In this document: positions 9,981 to 20,228 of the stretch, piece by piece
How the letters are laid out: each line of letters starts with the position of its first letter
Position numbering within the stretch: position 1 is the stretch's first letter
IMG/VR virus record: IMGVR_UViG_3300042890_000355
Location: 1-60,714 of that record
Origin: a virus
Taxonomy: Duplodnaviria > Caudoviricetes
Reading direction: 5' to 3' (one strand)
Length of the DNA stretch: 60,714 bases
Notes under the pieces: model-generated
What the model was told of the DNA's origin: nothing
Databases searched by the model: none
Seen by the model: only the letters and a program-made list of their open reading frames with translations
Program-made: the position numbers and the translations under genes

Positions 9981-11147
9981 TTATTGTTGAATTGCCAACC
10001 CGGGGTACTCGCCACCAGTAGCCTTTAACCAGCCCGTTTCAGAGCCAATTTGTTTTGGTGATGAATAATTGGTTGTATTGCCTAAGCCTAATGCATATAG
10101 TGCATTTCGACCCCAAGACCAGAGCGTGCCATCTGTTTTAATAGAAACTGCTGAATATTTTCCACAAGAAACTAGCAACCAATTAGTCAGCGCACCTAAT
10201 TGTTTAGGCGAAGAATAGCTCGTTGTGTTGCCAAGTCCAAGTTGACCGTTTACACCATAACCCCAAGACCATGCTGTTCCATCTGTTTTAACAGCAAGCG
10301 TAAAACCATTTGCAGAAGTTCCAGCCGCCCCACCAGCTATAGACGACCAATTTGTTAATGCGCCCACTTGTACTGGAGATGAATTTCCATCCGTTGATCC
10401 TATACCTAGTTGACCAGCCGTATTCCTACCCCAAGACCATAACGCACCTGCGGTTGTAATACCAAAACCGCTTGCATAACCAGCAGAAATACTAAGCCAA
10501 GTAGTTAAAGAACCAATTTGTTTGGGAGAAGAATAGTATGTGCTATTGCCAAGACCAAGACGACCATCGCCGTTGTAGCCCCATGTCCAGATTGTCCCGT
10601 TGGTTTTAAGAGCTATGCAAGTGTAGTATCCAGCAGAAACATCTGACCAGTTTGTCAATGCACCTAACTGCTTTGGGGATGAATAGTATGTGGTGTTGTT
10701 TAAACCCAATTGACCTAAATTATTTCTACCCCAAACCCAAATAGTTCCATCTGTTTTGACAGCCGCACTGTGTGCGTAACCTGCGGCTATTTTTATCCAA
10801 TTGGTTAATGCACCAACTTGTGATGGGCTTGATCTACCAGTTGTGTTTCCCAATCCAAGTTGCCCAAATATATTTGCGCCCCAAGACCACAGAGTTCCGT
10901 CAGATTTAGTAGCTAGAACAAATAAGCCCCCGGGGTTTGAACTAATGGAAGACCAATTGCTTGTTGAAACTAAAACAGGAGCAGTTATAGCTGTTTTATT
11001 TCCAGTTCCAGATTGACCTTCATTGTTGTATCCCCAAGCGTATAGTTTGGGATATTGGACAGGCCAAGTCCCCGCCGCCTTAGCATTGGCTTGACTGCTG
11101 ATGTTCCAGATACCTGAGTATTGAACGCCTGTGATTGTTACTGGCAT
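9981..11147 (-). CDS. RCC1/BLIP-II repeat beta-propeller protein (putative receptor-binding)
   Basis: About 7 repeats KTDGTLWSWG-x-N-x2-GQLGLG...SSPKQ; N-terminal YSGIW...AGTWP motif. Confidence 0.9.
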   Translation of the reverse strand: MPVTITGVQYSGIWNISSQANAKAAGTWPVQYPKLYAWGYNNEGQSGTGNKTAITAPVLVSTSNWSSISSNPGGLFVLATKSDGTLWSWGANIFGQLGLGNTTGRSSPSQVGALTNWIKIAAGYAHSAAVKTDGTIWVWGRNNLGQLGLNNTTYYSSPKQLGALTNWSDVSAGYYTCIALKTNGTIWTWGYNGDGRLGLGNSTYYSSPKQIGSLTTWLSISAGYASGFGITTAGALWSWGRNTAGQLGIGSTDGNSSPVQVGALTNWSSIAGGAAGTSANGFTLAVKTDGTAWSWGYGVNGQLGLGNTTSYSSPKQLGALTNWLLVSCGKYSAVSIKTDGTLWSWGRNALYALGLGNTTNYSSPKQIGSETGWLKATGGEYPGLAIQQ

Positions 11148-11156
11148 AGTTGTCTC

Positions 11157-12281
11157 TTAAAAAGCTAAGGCAAAAGTTGACTGACCGCCAGCAGTAATAT
11201 AGCCCCAAGTGGCAAGTGATCCTACTTGTACTGGTGAACTTCTGTTAGTTGTATTATTTAAACCTAATTCACCTAAAGTGTTATTTCCCCAAGTCCAAAT
11301 GGTTCCGTCTGTTTTAGAAGCAATAGCAAAGTTTTTACCAAGCCTTACAGCAGTCCATGTAGTTAAAGCACCAACTTGTTTAGGAGAACTGTAATTGCTT
11401 GTATTACCTAAACCTAAAACGCCCGAACCACCATCTCCCCAAGACCATAATGTACCGTCAGTTTTAACAGCTAGTGCAGAATATTCCGATGCCGAAACTT
11501 GCAACCAATTAGTTAAAGCACCAATTTGGGCTGGACTGGATATACTTGTAGTATTACCAAACCCTAATTGACCATAGTCATTATTACCCCAAGCCCAAAG
11601 TGTGCCATTTGTTTTAATTGCGTAAGTGTTTTGTATTCCAGATACAACAGATGACCAATTAGTTAATGAACCGACCTGCTTAGGTGACGAATAGTTGGTG
11701 ACATTACCCAACCCTAATGCACCTGAAGTGTTGTAACCCCAGCCATACAAAGCGCCACTGGTTGTAATTGCAAAACCACCAAGATTTGCACCTGTGGAAA
11801 TTTTTGCCCAATTGGTCAAAGCTCCTACTTGTACTGGGCTAGACCTAGATACAGTATCACCAAGACCTAACGCACCTAAACTATTACCACCCCAAGTCCA
11901 AATGGTTCCATCTGTTTTTAATGCAAATGAAGCATTGTTAATGGTTGCTACAACAGACCAAGTTGTTAAAGCACCAACTTGTTTTGGAGATGAATAGTAG
12001 GTAGTGTTTCCTAATCCCAATTGGCCCGATTGATTTCTACCCCAAGCCCAAATTGTTCCGTTAGTTTTTAAAGCTAATGTGTTATACCTAGTAACAATAC
12101 TTAACCAATCAATCAAAGCACCAACTTGATTAGGAGAAGAACGAGTAGCAGTGTTACCCAAACCTAATTGACCAAATTGATTATCGCCCCAACTGTACAA
12201 ATTGTAAGTATAGATAGTTGTCTGAGCCGCCAACGGATTAAAGCCCGGCTTGTTAATCCCAGCGGCGTATCTAAAGCTCAT
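11157..12281 (-). CDS. RCC1/BLIP-II repeat beta-propeller protein
   Basis: RCC1 repeats; N-terminal KPGFNPLAAQT. Confidence 0.9.
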   Translation of the reverse strand: MSFRYAAGINKPGFNPLAAQTTIYTYNLYSWGDNQFGQLGLGNTATRSSPNQVGALIDWLSIVTRYNTLALKTNGTIWAWGRNQSGQLGLGNTTYYSSPKQVGALTTWSVVATINNASFALKTDGTIWTWGGNSLGALGLGDTVSRSSPVQVGALTNWAKISTGANLGGFAITTSGALYGWGYNTSGALGLGNVTNYSSPKQVGSLTNWSSVVSGIQNTYAIKTNGTLWAWGNNDYGQLGFGNTTSISSPAQIGALTNWLQVSASEYSALAVKTDGTLWSWGDGGSGVLGLGNTSNYSSPKQVGALTTWTAVRLGKNFAIASKTDGTIWTWGNNTLGELGLNNTTNRSSPVQVGSLATWGYITAGGQSTFALAF

Positions 12282-14047
12282 GCCACTCTCCGAATAGCAG
12301 ATTTGTTGGACAGGCGGTCTTTGATCTTTTCAAACGGTGCAGTCCAGTCGCCATACACCTCTTGGCGAACCAGCTTCATGCTGTCGTAGTACGGCGTTTT
12401 CTCACCATCCAAAGCATATAAGAAGTACGGCATGATCGGAGTTACCACCCATGTTTCTACGCCCATCGCCGCCGCCAAGTGACTGACAGAAGTACAGGCT
12501 GAGATCACCAAGTCACATGAAGCCACTGCTTGTCGAGTGTCTTCCCATGACTGTAATGGTACTTGTTTTACCCAAGCTGGGCAAGCGTCTACGCCCTCAT
12601 CCCGCTGTAAAGAAATGAACTCTGCGTCAGCATCTTTCACCGCTTCAAACATCAGGTCATACGGAAAGGCTTTGTGATGCTCGTGCTCAAATTTACTGTT
12701 GCCCTGCCAGCGCAGACCGATGCGTTTCTTACGGCCTTTAATCGTTACAGGCTTCTCAAGGTAGGGCGCACCAGACAGGTCACGCAACTCTAAGCCTAGA
12801 GGAACCACAGCAGACATTCCAGACACCCAGAAGTCGTGGTAGATACCAAAGGTAGCCTCATGCTGAACAACGGCTGATACGCCTTCTACGCCTTGGAACA
12901 ATGATGCGAGTGGGCCAGTACAGGACACAACCACCTTACAGCCACGCTCGGCAATTAGTTTGGCATAGCGAATCTGGTGAATCTGATCGCCCAGACCACC
13001 TTCTAGATACAGCATGACCGTACCCTTTGTCTTACCATCCCATTGAGGTGTAGGCACATCAGGTCGAGAATTACCAAACACACCTACGATTCGTCCTCTA
13101 TCCATCAGGCTGTAGCCCTTTTGAATCTGACCTTGACGCAGGTAGTACCAGCCACGGTTATAGGCGGCTCGGTGGTTGCTAGGCTCTTCTGCTTCCAGCT
13201 TTTGAGCCAGTCTCCAGCCTTCTACAAAGTCACCCATCGTAGATGCGGCAAGCTGTAGGTCTAGGTCATGTAATTCAGGAACTGTGCGTGGACGCTCAAG
13301 CCAGAACTCAGGCTGGCAGAAAGCTGAGTAGTGGTGCTTCAGCAGATCGCGGGGGTCTTGCTTATGCTGTGCCGCCAATACAGGCTTGACATCGTGCATA
13401 CCTGCGTGACCGTGCAAGTTCTCGTCATCTTCAGCTACGCTTGAGCCATCGATGTTGTTGAAGTCGTAGGCAAATTCTGGAAGCTCAAGGAACTCATGGA
13501 TACGGGCTAACTGCGCTTTGGGGTCAGCTAACAGGTCTTCGTATTCAACAAACAGAAAGTTCTCTGGTGCGTACTCGTAGCCGTTCTGGAGGGAGATGTA
13601 GGCGGCTCGTAGGTGATCCATTAGTTGACCAGTTGCCATGAACTCGTCTAGGTCTGTGGGTTTGGCTACACGGATGAAGCTGGCGGCACAGTCAGGTACT
13701 GAGCGAACAGTGGCAATGATCTTAGGCTGACGGCCTAGCACCTGTGACATAGCACCCATGATTTGACCGATAGGCCAGCCACGGGACTTGTCGATGATGA
13801 CAGGCTTGTCAGTGTCTTCGTAGAACGCATCAATTGCACCGCGCATGGTTTGCGCTAACTTGCTTCTCTCAGGATCATTCTCGTTCAGTAAACCCGCTGA
13901 GTGCCATGTGTTCGCCAATCCATCGAGGGCGTGGACAAGCCCAGATGTGGTGGATACATGAGTCATCGGGTTCTGGTTCAAGATAGCCGCAAGGACTGTC
14001 GAGCCAGAACGAGGAATGCCAGAGAGGAAGTGCAGTGTTTTGTTCAT
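12278..14047 (-). CDS. Sulfotransferase fused to TPR-like segment and GT9-like (GT-B) glycosyltransferase
   Basis: SGIPRSGST PAPS-binding loop, DKSRGW, VEYEDL; then PQWDG, EGGLGDQI, IGLRWQGN, FISLQ, DLVISACTSVSHLAAAMG. Confidence 0.85.
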   Translation of the reverse strand: MNKTLHFLSGIPRSGSTVLAAILNQNPMTHVSTTSGLVHALDGLANTWHSAGLLNENDPERSKLAQTMRGAIDAFYEDTDKPVIIDKSRGWPIGQIMGAMSQVLGRQPKIIATVRSVPDCAASFIRVAKPTDLDEFMATGQLMDHLRAAYISLQNGYEYAPENFLFVEYEDLLADPKAQLARIHEFLELPEFAYDFNNIDGSSVAEDDENLHGHAGMHDVKPVLAAQHKQDPRDLLKHHYSAFCQPEFWLERPRTVPELHDLDLQLAASTMGDFVEGWRLAQKLEAEEPSNHRAAYNRGWYYLRQGQIQKGYSLMDRGRIVGVFGNSRPDVPTPQWDGKTKGTVMLYLEGGLGDQIHQIRYAKLIAERGCKVVVSCTGPLASLFQGVEGVSAVVQHEATFGIYHDFWVSGMSAVVPLGLELRDLSGAPYLEKPVTIKGRKKRIGLRWQGNSKFEHEHHKAFPYDLMFEAVKDADAEFISLQRDEGVDACPAWVKQVPLQSWEDTRQAVASCDLVISACTSVSHLAAAMGVETWVVTPIMPYFLYALDGEKTPYYDSMKLVRQEVYGDWTAPFEKIKDRLSNKSAIRRVA

Positions 14048-14051
14048 GTGT

Positions 14052-15218
14052 TTATATTGTTGCAATAGCCAATGCAGTATTACTTAGTGACGCTGATAGC
14101 CAGTTTGTTGCTGTACCTACTTGTTTTGGAGATGAGTAACCTGTAGTGTTGCCTAGACCAAGTTGCCCATTACTATTACCGCCCCATGCCCAAAGTGTGC
14201 CATCATTTTTTATGGCTAAAACACTATACGGGCCTTTGCCTGCATATATTTTTGTCCAAGATGTTAGTGCGCCAATTTGTTTTGGAGAGGAATAAGATGT
14301 AGTATTTCCAAGTCCTAATTGACCTTGTGCATTAGCACCCCAACCCCAAATTGTGCCGTTTGTTTTGACTGCTACAGCCCAACCGTAGTATCCAGCGACA
14401 TCCAACCAATCCGTCAATGCTCCAACTTGTTTAGGAGAAGAATAATCAGTTGTATTACCTAAACCTAATTGTCCACTACCGCCAGCACCCCATGACCACA
14501 AACCTCCACTGGTTGAAATGCCATAAGAATTAAAGTAGCCAGCATAAGTCTTGCCCCAACTTATTGCGGCTCCTACTTGTACTGGGCTTTGGATATTTCC
14601 AAAACCTGACGAACCATTCCCAATTTGGCCTTGAAATGTATATCCCCAACCCCACAAAGTGTTATCTGTTTTGACAGCTAATGTGTATTGATGACCACCA
14701 ACAACTTGCGACCAATTGGTTAAAGCGCCAACTTGTTTGGGGCTAGAGTAATAAGTAGTGTTGCTGGTTCCAAGTTGACCATAATCGTTTTGTCCCCAAG
14801 CCCACAAAGTATTATCTGATTTAATGGAAAAAGTACCATTTGAAGCAGAAGAAAAAACAGACGACCAATTTGTTAATGCACCAACTTGGACTGGGCTAGA
14901 TACGCTAGTTGTGTTACCAGTACCTAATTGTCCATAAGTATTTAAACCCCAAGTCCATAGCGTTCCGTCAGTTTTAATAGCCGCACTGCTTTGATTTCCT
15001 GCCGACACTGTTGACCAAGTTTTTAATGCGCCAACTTGTTTAGGACTGGAATAGTAAGTTGTGTTACCTAGTCCAAGCTGTCCTTGACTGTTGCGTCCCC
15101 ATGCAAGCAAGCTCGGCCCCGGCGGTACAGGCCAAGTCCCAGCCGCAATAGCGGCATTCACCTGTTGCATTGTCCAGATGCCTGAGTATTGAACGCCTGA
15201 TACGATTGTGGTTGCCAT
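14052..15218 (-). CDS. RCC1/BLIP-II repeat beta-propeller protein
   Basis: RCC1 repeats; N-terminal GVQYSGIW...AAGTWPV shared with the 9981 gene. Confidence 0.9.
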   Translation of the reverse strand: MATTIVSGVQYSGIWTMQQVNAAIAAGTWPVPPGPSLLAWGRNSQGQLGLGNTTYYSSPKQVGALKTWSTVSAGNQSSAAIKTDGTLWTWGLNTYGQLGTGNTTSVSSPVQVGALTNWSSVFSSASNGTFSIKSDNTLWAWGQNDYGQLGTSNTTYYSSPKQVGALTNWSQVVGGHQYTLAVKTDNTLWGWGYTFQGQIGNGSSGFGNIQSPVQVGAAISWGKTYAGYFNSYGISTSGGLWSWGAGGSGQLGLGNTTDYSSPKQVGALTDWLDVAGYYGWAVAVKTNGTIWGWGANAQGQLGLGNTTSYSSPKQIGALTSWTKIYAGKGPYSVLAIKNDGTLWAWGGNSNGQLGLGNTTGYSSPKQVGTATNWLSASLSNTALAIATI

Positions 15219-15219
15219 A

Positions 15220-16359
15220 TTAGTTTAACCCAACAGCATAATATTGACCTGATGATATTGATAACCAAGAAGTCAGTGAGCCAACTTGTACTGGTGATGA
15301 ATAATTAGTGGTGTTCCCAAGGCCTAAAGCGCCAATATTACCAGCGCCCCATGCCCACAAAGTACCATTATTTTTAATAGCGTATGACGCAAGATAGTTT
15401 GGGCCGCCCGGCCCCAGCCGCGCCCAAGTAGTTAGAGCACCAATTTGCTTTGGAGAAGAGTAATAGGTTGTGTTTCCAAGCCCTAAACGACCATAAGTGT
15501 TTTGACCCCAAGACCACAGTGTGCCGTCTGTTTTAATGGCAAACATTGTATATAGACCAGCGCAAACATATAGCCAGTTTGTTAATGATCCAACTTGTTT
15601 AGGCGAAGAGTAGTTGGTAGTGTTTCCAATACCCAAAGATCCGTATGCATTATTACCCCAAGTCCAAAGAGTTCCATCGGTTTTTATGGCAGAAGTTATA
15701 TACCAACCTGCTGACACCTGAAGCCAGCTAGTCAAAGCTCCAATTTGTACAGGAGAATTTCTTTGAGTAACAGTTCCATCACCTAACTGACCTTTGTTGT
15801 TGTAGCCCCAAGTCCAAAGAGTTCCATCTGTTTTAGTTGCAATAGTATGATAAAACCCACCAGAAATACTTAACCAATTAGTTAATGCACCCACCTGTTT
15901 AGGGGAAGAATAATCAGTTAAATTTCCCAAACCTAAAACACCATGAGCACCGTATCCCCAAGCCCACAAAGTGCCGTCTGTTTTAATAGAGTGGACAACA
16001 TTGTACCCAGATGATATACGCAACCAATTAGTTAATGTTCCAACTTGTTTAGGCGAAGAATAAGCTGTTGTATTACCAAGACCCAATTGACCAAAAGCGT
16101 TATAACCCCATGACCACAAAGTGCCATTAGTTTTTGTGGCAACTGTAGCTCTATACCCAGCATTAACAGAAGACCACCCATCAGTTGTATTCCCAACTTG
16201 CTTAGGGCTGGAATAATTTGTGGTATTACCCAATCCTAATTTTCCAGATTGGTTGTAACCCCATGTATTAAGGTCATAGTAAGTGGTCGTGGTCTGTGCC
16301 GCCAGCGGGTTAAACCCCGGCTTAACAATACTCCCCAAGAACATTTGTCTTATAGACAT
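15220..16359 (-). CDS. RCC1/BLIP-II repeat beta-propeller protein
   Basis: RCC1 repeats; N-terminal KPGFNPLAAQTT shared with the 11157 gene. Confidence 0.9.
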   Translation of the reverse strand: MSIRQMFLGSIVKPGFNPLAAQTTTTYYDLNTWGYNQSGKLGLGNTTNYSSPKQVGNTTDGWSSVNAGYRATVATKTNGTLWSWGYNAFGQLGLGNTTAYSSPKQVGTLTNWLRISSGYNVVHSIKTDGTLWAWGYGAHGVLGLGNLTDYSSPKQVGALTNWLSISGGFYHTIATKTDGTLWTWGYNNKGQLGDGTVTQRNSPVQIGALTSWLQVSAGWYITSAIKTDGTLWTWGNNAYGSLGIGNTTNYSSPKQVGSLTNWLYVCAGLYTMFAIKTDGTLWSWGQNTYGRLGLGNTTYYSSPKQIGALTTWARLGPGGPNYLASYAIKNNGTLWAWGAGNIGALGLGNTTNYSSPVQVGSLTSWLSISSGQYYAVGLN

Positions 16360-16371
16360 ACTGTTCCCCGC

Positions 16372-16749
16372 TTAAGAAGCAATAGACTCGTAGCTGATCG
16401 TGTAAGTGATACCACTCGATGTGCCAGATGTCACCACAATGGATGAGTTCTCCATCAGGTACACCGCCGTGGTCTTATCTACCGCAATCACAGATGCACT
16501 AGCAGGCACAGCAATCGTAGAGATGATTGGGTAGTTTGTACCTGCGCCAGCGGCTTGGTTGTTAATTGCAACCGTAGCGTTCACTGCGCTTGAGCCGTTT
16601 ACATTAGCACACACAATCTGGTTGATTTTGAAGACCAGACCAGAAGATGCGGCGTTAGACAGCAAGGTGTTAGCCGTTGTGTTGCCGGGTGTTAAATACG
16701 TTGTATTGCCCGTTAGGGTCGTAACGTTAACAATATTAGGATTTGCCAT
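16372..16749 (-). CDS. Tail-fibre-associated structural protein
   Basis: MANPNIVNVTT...YLMEN...SYE pattern; lies between the fibre and RCC1 genes. Confidence 0.6.
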   Translation of the reverse strand: MANPNIVNVTTLTGNTTYLTPGNTTANTLLSNAASSGLVFKINQIVCANVNGSSAVNATVAINNQAAGAGTNYPIISTIAVPASASVIAVDKTTAVYLMENSSIVVTSGTSSGITYTISYESIAS

Positions 16750-16758
16750 GATATTTCC

Positions 16759-17586
16759 TTACAGACCGAATACGATTGAGAATGCGATTGCTTGACCCTT
16801 GGTAGCACCAGAAGCCGCAGGGGTAGTAGATGACCATGTAGTGCCGTCAGATGTCAGTACATTACCTGCTGTGCCGGGCGCAACAAACAAGGGCGTTGAA
16901 GTGCCATTACCTAGAATTACGTTGTTGGCTGTCAAAGTAGTTAAACCTGTACCGCCCTGATCTACACCCAGTGTTCCAGTGGACACCAAGTTCTTACTGC
17001 CGTTGGTAAATACAGGCTTGCTGGCTGTCAGTGAAGAGTCAATAATGTCATTGGCCGTCAGCGTTGTGCCGTCCCATGTCAAACCAGCAGCAGCACCAAA
17101 AGCGCCAGCGTTGTTAAACTGAATCTGCGTGTTAGAGCCAGCAGCCGATCCGCCTCCAACGCTTACAAAGTCAGGCGTAGCAAGTCCCCCATCCCACGCA
17201 ATAATTGCTCGACCACCAGCCGGTACGGTTACACCTGTTGTAGGAGATGTTGGGCCACCGCGAACTGTAACTGCATAGCCACCTGTAGTGTCGTTAATAA
17301 CAACATAGATTTTGCTCTGCTTGGGGGTATTGATAAAACGAAGTGCTGTACGTGCGCCCGTGCACAGGAGGACTGCGTACTGGGAGCTTGTAGATGTTAA
17401 GCCGCTGCTTGCAGCAGTCCCGGTTGTAAGTGTTAGATCAACGTCTGCGTCTGTTGAAACTGTCTGCGTACCAGCAACAGCTACGTCAACGATTTGAGAA
17501 ATGGCATTATTGACTGTATCGCCCCAAGTACCAGATAAGGTACCCGTAGTCGGTAGCGTCAAGCCAATTAGCGAAGTATTTGCCAT
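16759..17586 (-). CDS. Tail fibre (proximal) protein
   Basis: G/T/A-rich; GSNTQIQFNNAGAF, LGVDQGGTG, GTAGNVLTSDG fibre motifs; ends KGQAIAFSIVFG. Confidence 0.75.
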   Translation of the reverse strand: MANTSLIGLTLPTTGTLSGTWGDTVNNAISQIVDVAVAGTQTVSTDADVDLTLTTGTAASSGLTSTSSQYAVLLCTGARTALRFINTPKQSKIYVVINDTTGGYAVTVRGGPTSPTTGVTVPAGGRAIIAWDGGLATPDFVSVGGGSAAGSNTQIQFNNAGAFGAAAGLTWDGTTLTANDIIDSSLTASKPVFTNGSKNLVSTGTLGVDQGGTGLTTLTANNVILGNGTSTPLFVAPGTAGNVLTSDGTTWSSTTPAASGATKGQAIAFSIVFGL

Positions 17587-17595
17587 TTAGTGCTC

Positions 17596-18372
17596 CTACT
17601 GAGTAGAAATTTGTGTCCAACCGGGTGATTCTGTATTGTCAACAGCAGCCCAGCCCGGTGTTTGCGGATTGCTGATATTTTGCCAGTTTGCAGTCTCTGT
17701 GTCATCTATTACTTCCCACAAATTTCTGCCAAATTCTGTGGATGTTATTGCCATTGTCTCAGTTCTATTTACGCCATACCCAGTTATTGCTGTTGGGCTG
17801 TCACCAATAGATGCAGATTCATTAAGGAATTCTGTGTAAAACGTACCAACAGTCGTACTGTCTAAAGCTGACATTGACTCAGTGATGGTCATAATCAACA
17901 CAGCCAACTGAGCTTCTGCAATAGAAATTGACTCTGTAACATCCCCAAGGAATGTAGCTACAGCTTCTTCAACTGTAGCAATATTGGCGTTTTCTGTAAC
18001 TGATACAGGGAAGTTTGCAGTCGCTGATTCAGCCGCACTGATGGCCGCAGAATCCGATACGGTAGCTGTGTAAGCTGTAGCAGCCTCATTCGTATCTGCA
18101 ATAGAGGCACTTTCCGTAATGCTTTGAGCAAACGTGGCGGCTACGGCTTGGACTTCCGTATATTCCGCAGACTCTGTGATGGACAAGGCAAATGTTGCCA
18201 ATACTGACTGGGCTTCTGTATACGCCGCAGTCTCTGTAATAGATACCCCAAAACTGGCTGTAGCCGCCTCGGATGCGGTGACTGCTATAGATTCTGTTAC
18301 GGCTACCTCGTAGACATCCGCGCCACCCCAGTAGCCATCACCCCAAGCAAGATCACCCCATCCAGTTGCCAT
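17596..18372 (-). CDS. Acidic repetitive structural protein
   Basis: About 20-aa periodic (I/V)TES/A repeats; N-terminal GWG-x3-WG. Confidence 0.65.
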   Translation of the reverse strand: MATGWGDLAWGDGYWGGADVYEVAVTESIAVTASEAATASFGVSITETAAYTEAQSVLATFALSITESAEYTEVQAVAATFAQSITESASIADTNEAATAYTATVSDSAAISAAESATANFPVSVTENANIATVEEAVATFLGDVTESISIAEAQLAVLIMTITESMSALDSTTVGTFYTEFLNESASIGDSPTAITGYGVNRTETMAITSTEFGRNLWEVIDDTETANWQNISNPQTPGWAAVDNTESPGWTQISTQ

Positions 18373-18373
18373 A

Positions 18374-18943
18374 TCAGGTAGCTGTTAATGTGGCAGTGTA
18401 AGTTACGGCAATCGTATCGCCAGACACAACAGACTTAGAACTAGAAAAGTCTCCAGCAGAGAACAGCGTTCCTGTTGTTGAGTCCTTAGTAGAGCTACCA
18501 CCAATGTTAATAAAGCAACCAGCCACTGTTCCAGTGCTAGTCATGGCAAAAGACACCGCAGAAGACGTAGCTTTACTACCAGCAGAAGCCGCGCTAAATG
18601 AAGGCGTAGGACGGTTTCCTGAGTAAGCGGGAGCGTTAGTGCCACCCACCTCTAACCAGCTTGCGTGAGAGGCTTGTGTATCAGCAGCTACGGCTGTACC
18701 AGTACCCTTCAAACCCATCACAACTGCACCGCCAGCGGTGTTACCAAAGGCGGTATCTAAAGTAAAGTTACGGCCAACAGTGGTAACGATGTTTTTAATC
18801 TCATCTGTCCACTTAACAAAGCCATCAACGCTATAGCAAATAGCCGTGTAATGGCCACCGATACCCATCGTATCTTCAGGCATTGTGTTGTATTTAGTAA
18901 CCGCTTCCACTTTATCTGTCGCGGTGATTTTGTCTATAGTCAT
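18374..18943 (-). CDS. Putative tail structural protein
   Basis: NIVTTVG, GTLFSAGDF, GDTIAVTYT motifs; in the virion operon. Confidence 0.6.
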   Translation of the reverse strand: MTIDKITATDKVEAVTKYNTMPEDTMGIGGHYTAICYSVDGFVKWTDEIKNIVTTVGRNFTLDTAFGNTAGGAVVMGLKGTGTAVAADTQASHASWLEVGGTNAPAYSGNRPTPSFSAASAGSKATSSAVSFAMTSTGTVAGCFINIGGSSTKDSTTGTLFSAGDFSSSKSVVSGDTIAVTYTATLTAT

Positions 18944-18953
18944 GGGAAGCTCC

Positions 18954-19370
18954 TTAATTAGAAGAACGGATTAATGCTGCTGACGCTGTGTTAGCAGGCA
19001 TTGTGATGGTGAAATTGGTTGATGTTTTGTCAGACCCAAAGTCCAACACAGCAATAGATTTATTACCTTGAGTAACGTTGTAGATCAACGCACAACGAGC
19101 CGTCACCGATGCGTTAAACACCACATCAGCAAAGTCTACATAAGCCGTATAACCAGACGAACTAATAGTTACGCCTGTTAGCGTTACGCCACCAGCTACG
19201 TATCCACCACCGCTTACCTCACCGGAGGTAGTGTAAACAGTCGTAGCTTCATTTAAATCAGCACTAGCCGTATACAAAGCAATCTTTAACGTATTGGTAG
19301 ATAGGTTATGAACACCAGTGTATAGCTCTGTCTTAAAGCTGGTCGTTTGGGTTTGGAGAATACTACTCAT
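18954..19370 (-). CDS. Putative tail structural protein
   Basis: SFKTEL, LKIALYT, GYVAGG, ALIYN, VLDFG. Confidence 0.6.
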   Translation of the reverse strand: MSSILQTQTTSFKTELYTGVHNLSTNTLKIALYTASADLNEATTVYTTSGEVSGGGYVAGGVTLTGVTISSSGYTAYVDFADVVFNASVTARCALIYNVTQGNKSIAVLDFGSDKTSTNFTITMPANTASAALIRSSN

Positions 19371-20218
19371 GTGACTGCAACCCTAAATTGACCATCGCGA
19401 TAAGCATCTGCACGTTGCTTACCATCACCCAAGTTCTTGAGAAGTGCAATAGATTGAACGTACCGTTCTTGGTACAGTTTATACATACCGTCTTCCGGCG
19501 CACTCTTCATGTAAGTTCCTGCTTCACACAGTGTTCCATAAAGCAAAGCCGAATCAAAGTTATCACCCAGCCATGTTGTCAAAGCAGTCACAATGGATTC
19601 TGGATAGTAGTAATAATGCAGTTCTGCGTAGTAATTGGCGCTAGGCGTAGGGCCAAGAATGAACGACAACTCATTCACATTAGCTGACTGAGGGCCAAAG
19701 ATAGCGTAGTGTTTAGGCTCAGAAGCTACCGCGCTCAATGGATAAGCTTCACGGATAAAGTTCACATCTTTATTCAACAAATAAAGATAGTCGCCTTGGA
19801 ACACTACAGCACCGTTTACCGTACCGCTATTGGCTACAGTTAAAGTAACTGTCGTACCGCTGATGCTACGCACTATAGCGTTAGTGCCAATGTTTGTGCC
19901 AGTAACCTGCTGTCCCGCCGCGATTCCTGTGGCACTAGCAACAACAATAGTCTTCTGACCAGATGTTCCAGTCGCAGTCGTAGCGTTGTACGGATATATG
20001 GCAAGGCTGTATGTAGACAAAAAGTCTTCTGGACAAGCCAAATACTTATTACCAGTTGACAGTACACCCGTCACGTTCTTACGCAAGTTAGCAATCTGCA
20101 CCGTGTTATAGATGCGCTGCTCCGCCTGCTTAATCATCGTGTTGATAGTTGTCGTATCAAACGTGTTCTGCGTGTAGTCTTCTACCGCAGTAACAAGTTG
20201 GGCGTATGTCATTGGCAT
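19367..20218 (-). CDS. Head-tail adaptor-like protein with inserted beta domain
   Basis: TYAQL...IKQAEQRI...LLYGTLCEA pattern; central G/T-rich insertion. Confidence 0.6.
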   Translation of the reverse strand: MPMTYAQLVTAVEDYTQNTFDTTTINTMIKQAEQRIYNTVQIANLRKNVTGVLSTGNKYLACPEDFLSTYSLAIYPYNATTATGTSGQKTIVVASATGIAAGQQVTGTNIGTNAIVRSISGTTVTLTVANSGTVNGAVVFQGDYLYLLNKDVNFIREAYPLSAVASEPKHYAIFGPQSANVNELSFILGPTPSANYYAELHYYYYPESIVTALTTWLGDNFDSALLYGTLCEAGTYMKSAPEDGMYKLYQERYVQSIALLKNLGDGKQRADAYRDGQFRVAVT

Positions 20219-20228
20219 AATTTAAACC

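Noticed and set aside
9981-16359. Diversity-generating retroelement acting on the RCC1 genes
   Set aside because: No reverse transcriptase in the window; repeat differences are not adenine-specific and reflect protein blade repeats
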